The notes beneath the pieces are model-generated. The model saw only the letters and a list, made by a program, of their open reading frames with translations, ran no database searches and had not been told where the DNA came from. Below, piece after piece: positions 63,787 through 64,000 of a stretch of 64,000 nucleotides of DNA. Each line of letters begins with the position of its first letter. Within the stretch, counting starts at the first letter, position 1. Made by a program: the position numbers and the translations under genes. The stretch covers positions 1 to 64,000 of the IMG/VR virus record IMGVR_UViG_3300014204_000015; one strand, given 5' to 3'. Origin of the DNA: a virus (taxonomy: Duplodnaviria; Caudoviricetes).

Positions 63787-64000
63787 TTAGGAACTCCATG
63801 GCGTTGAACTCTTCTCCAGGAAAGCTATCGATGGGCTTGAAGTATTTGTTTCCCAAAGAGCTGGGTACACACTGGTGTTGTAAGAGGCTAGGGTTGTGGA
63901 TGTACTCTCGCCAACCGGCTTGCTTCATGGCTTCTACAATACCGCCGTCGATACACTTCCAATTCTTGTCCTTCTGAGCGAAGGTCGGCTTGGCTACGGT
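63773..64000 (-). CDS. C-terminal fragment of a probable glycosyltransferase (runs off the window)
   Basis: Open frame from 64000: ..IDGGIVEAMKQAGWREYIHNPSLLQH...SSLG. Confidence 0.5.
   Translation of the reverse strand, partial: TVAKPTFAQKDKNWKCIDGGIVEAMKQAGWREYIHNPSLLQHQCVPSSLGNKYFKPIDSFPGEEFNAMEFLNDRP

Noticed and set aside
1-64000. tRNA or rRNA genes, and stop-codon reassignment
   Set aside because: No cloverleaf or rRNA-like segment was noticed by eye, and conserved genes read full length in the standard code.

Overview
The window is most of a roughly 55% GC (estimated by eye) tailed dsDNA phage genome; no integrase or tail tube/tape-measure gene is recognisable in it. The minus strand (1-46.8 kb) carries the head and packaging module (TerS, sigma factor, TerL, portal, a 1542-aa multi-enzyme MuF protein, DUF2213-type protease/scaffold, major capsid protein, head completion), followed by signal-peptide proteins and a papain-like peptidase. 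It also carries replication/recombination genes (PolA, primase, helicase, RuvC, AAA ATPase, PD-(D/E)XK nuclease) and a thymidine hypermodification pathway (dUMP hydroxymethylase-like TS, 5-hmdU DNA kinase family, amino acid:DNA transferase, radical SAM, PLP enzyme, methyltransferase). A plus-strand early module (47.2-56.8 kb) encodes ParB-like, GHKL ATPase, intein-containing SF1 helicase and pilin-like proteins. A glycosyltransferase/radical SAM cluster fills 57-64 kb. The standout signal is at 34.8-36.9 kb: ten stem-flanked units of YGA-N9-TGTAACCGA-N9-TG surround a nuclease-less IS110/Nop-domain gene, which looks like a TIGR-Tas-type RNA-guided system (stem-loop array, TasA-like) inserted in the hypermodification operon. 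Second is an intein in the radical SAM gene whose endonuclease is encoded entirely in a different, overlapping reading frame. A Planctomycetota-like host is suggested only by inference. All protein calls come from motif reading, not database searches.
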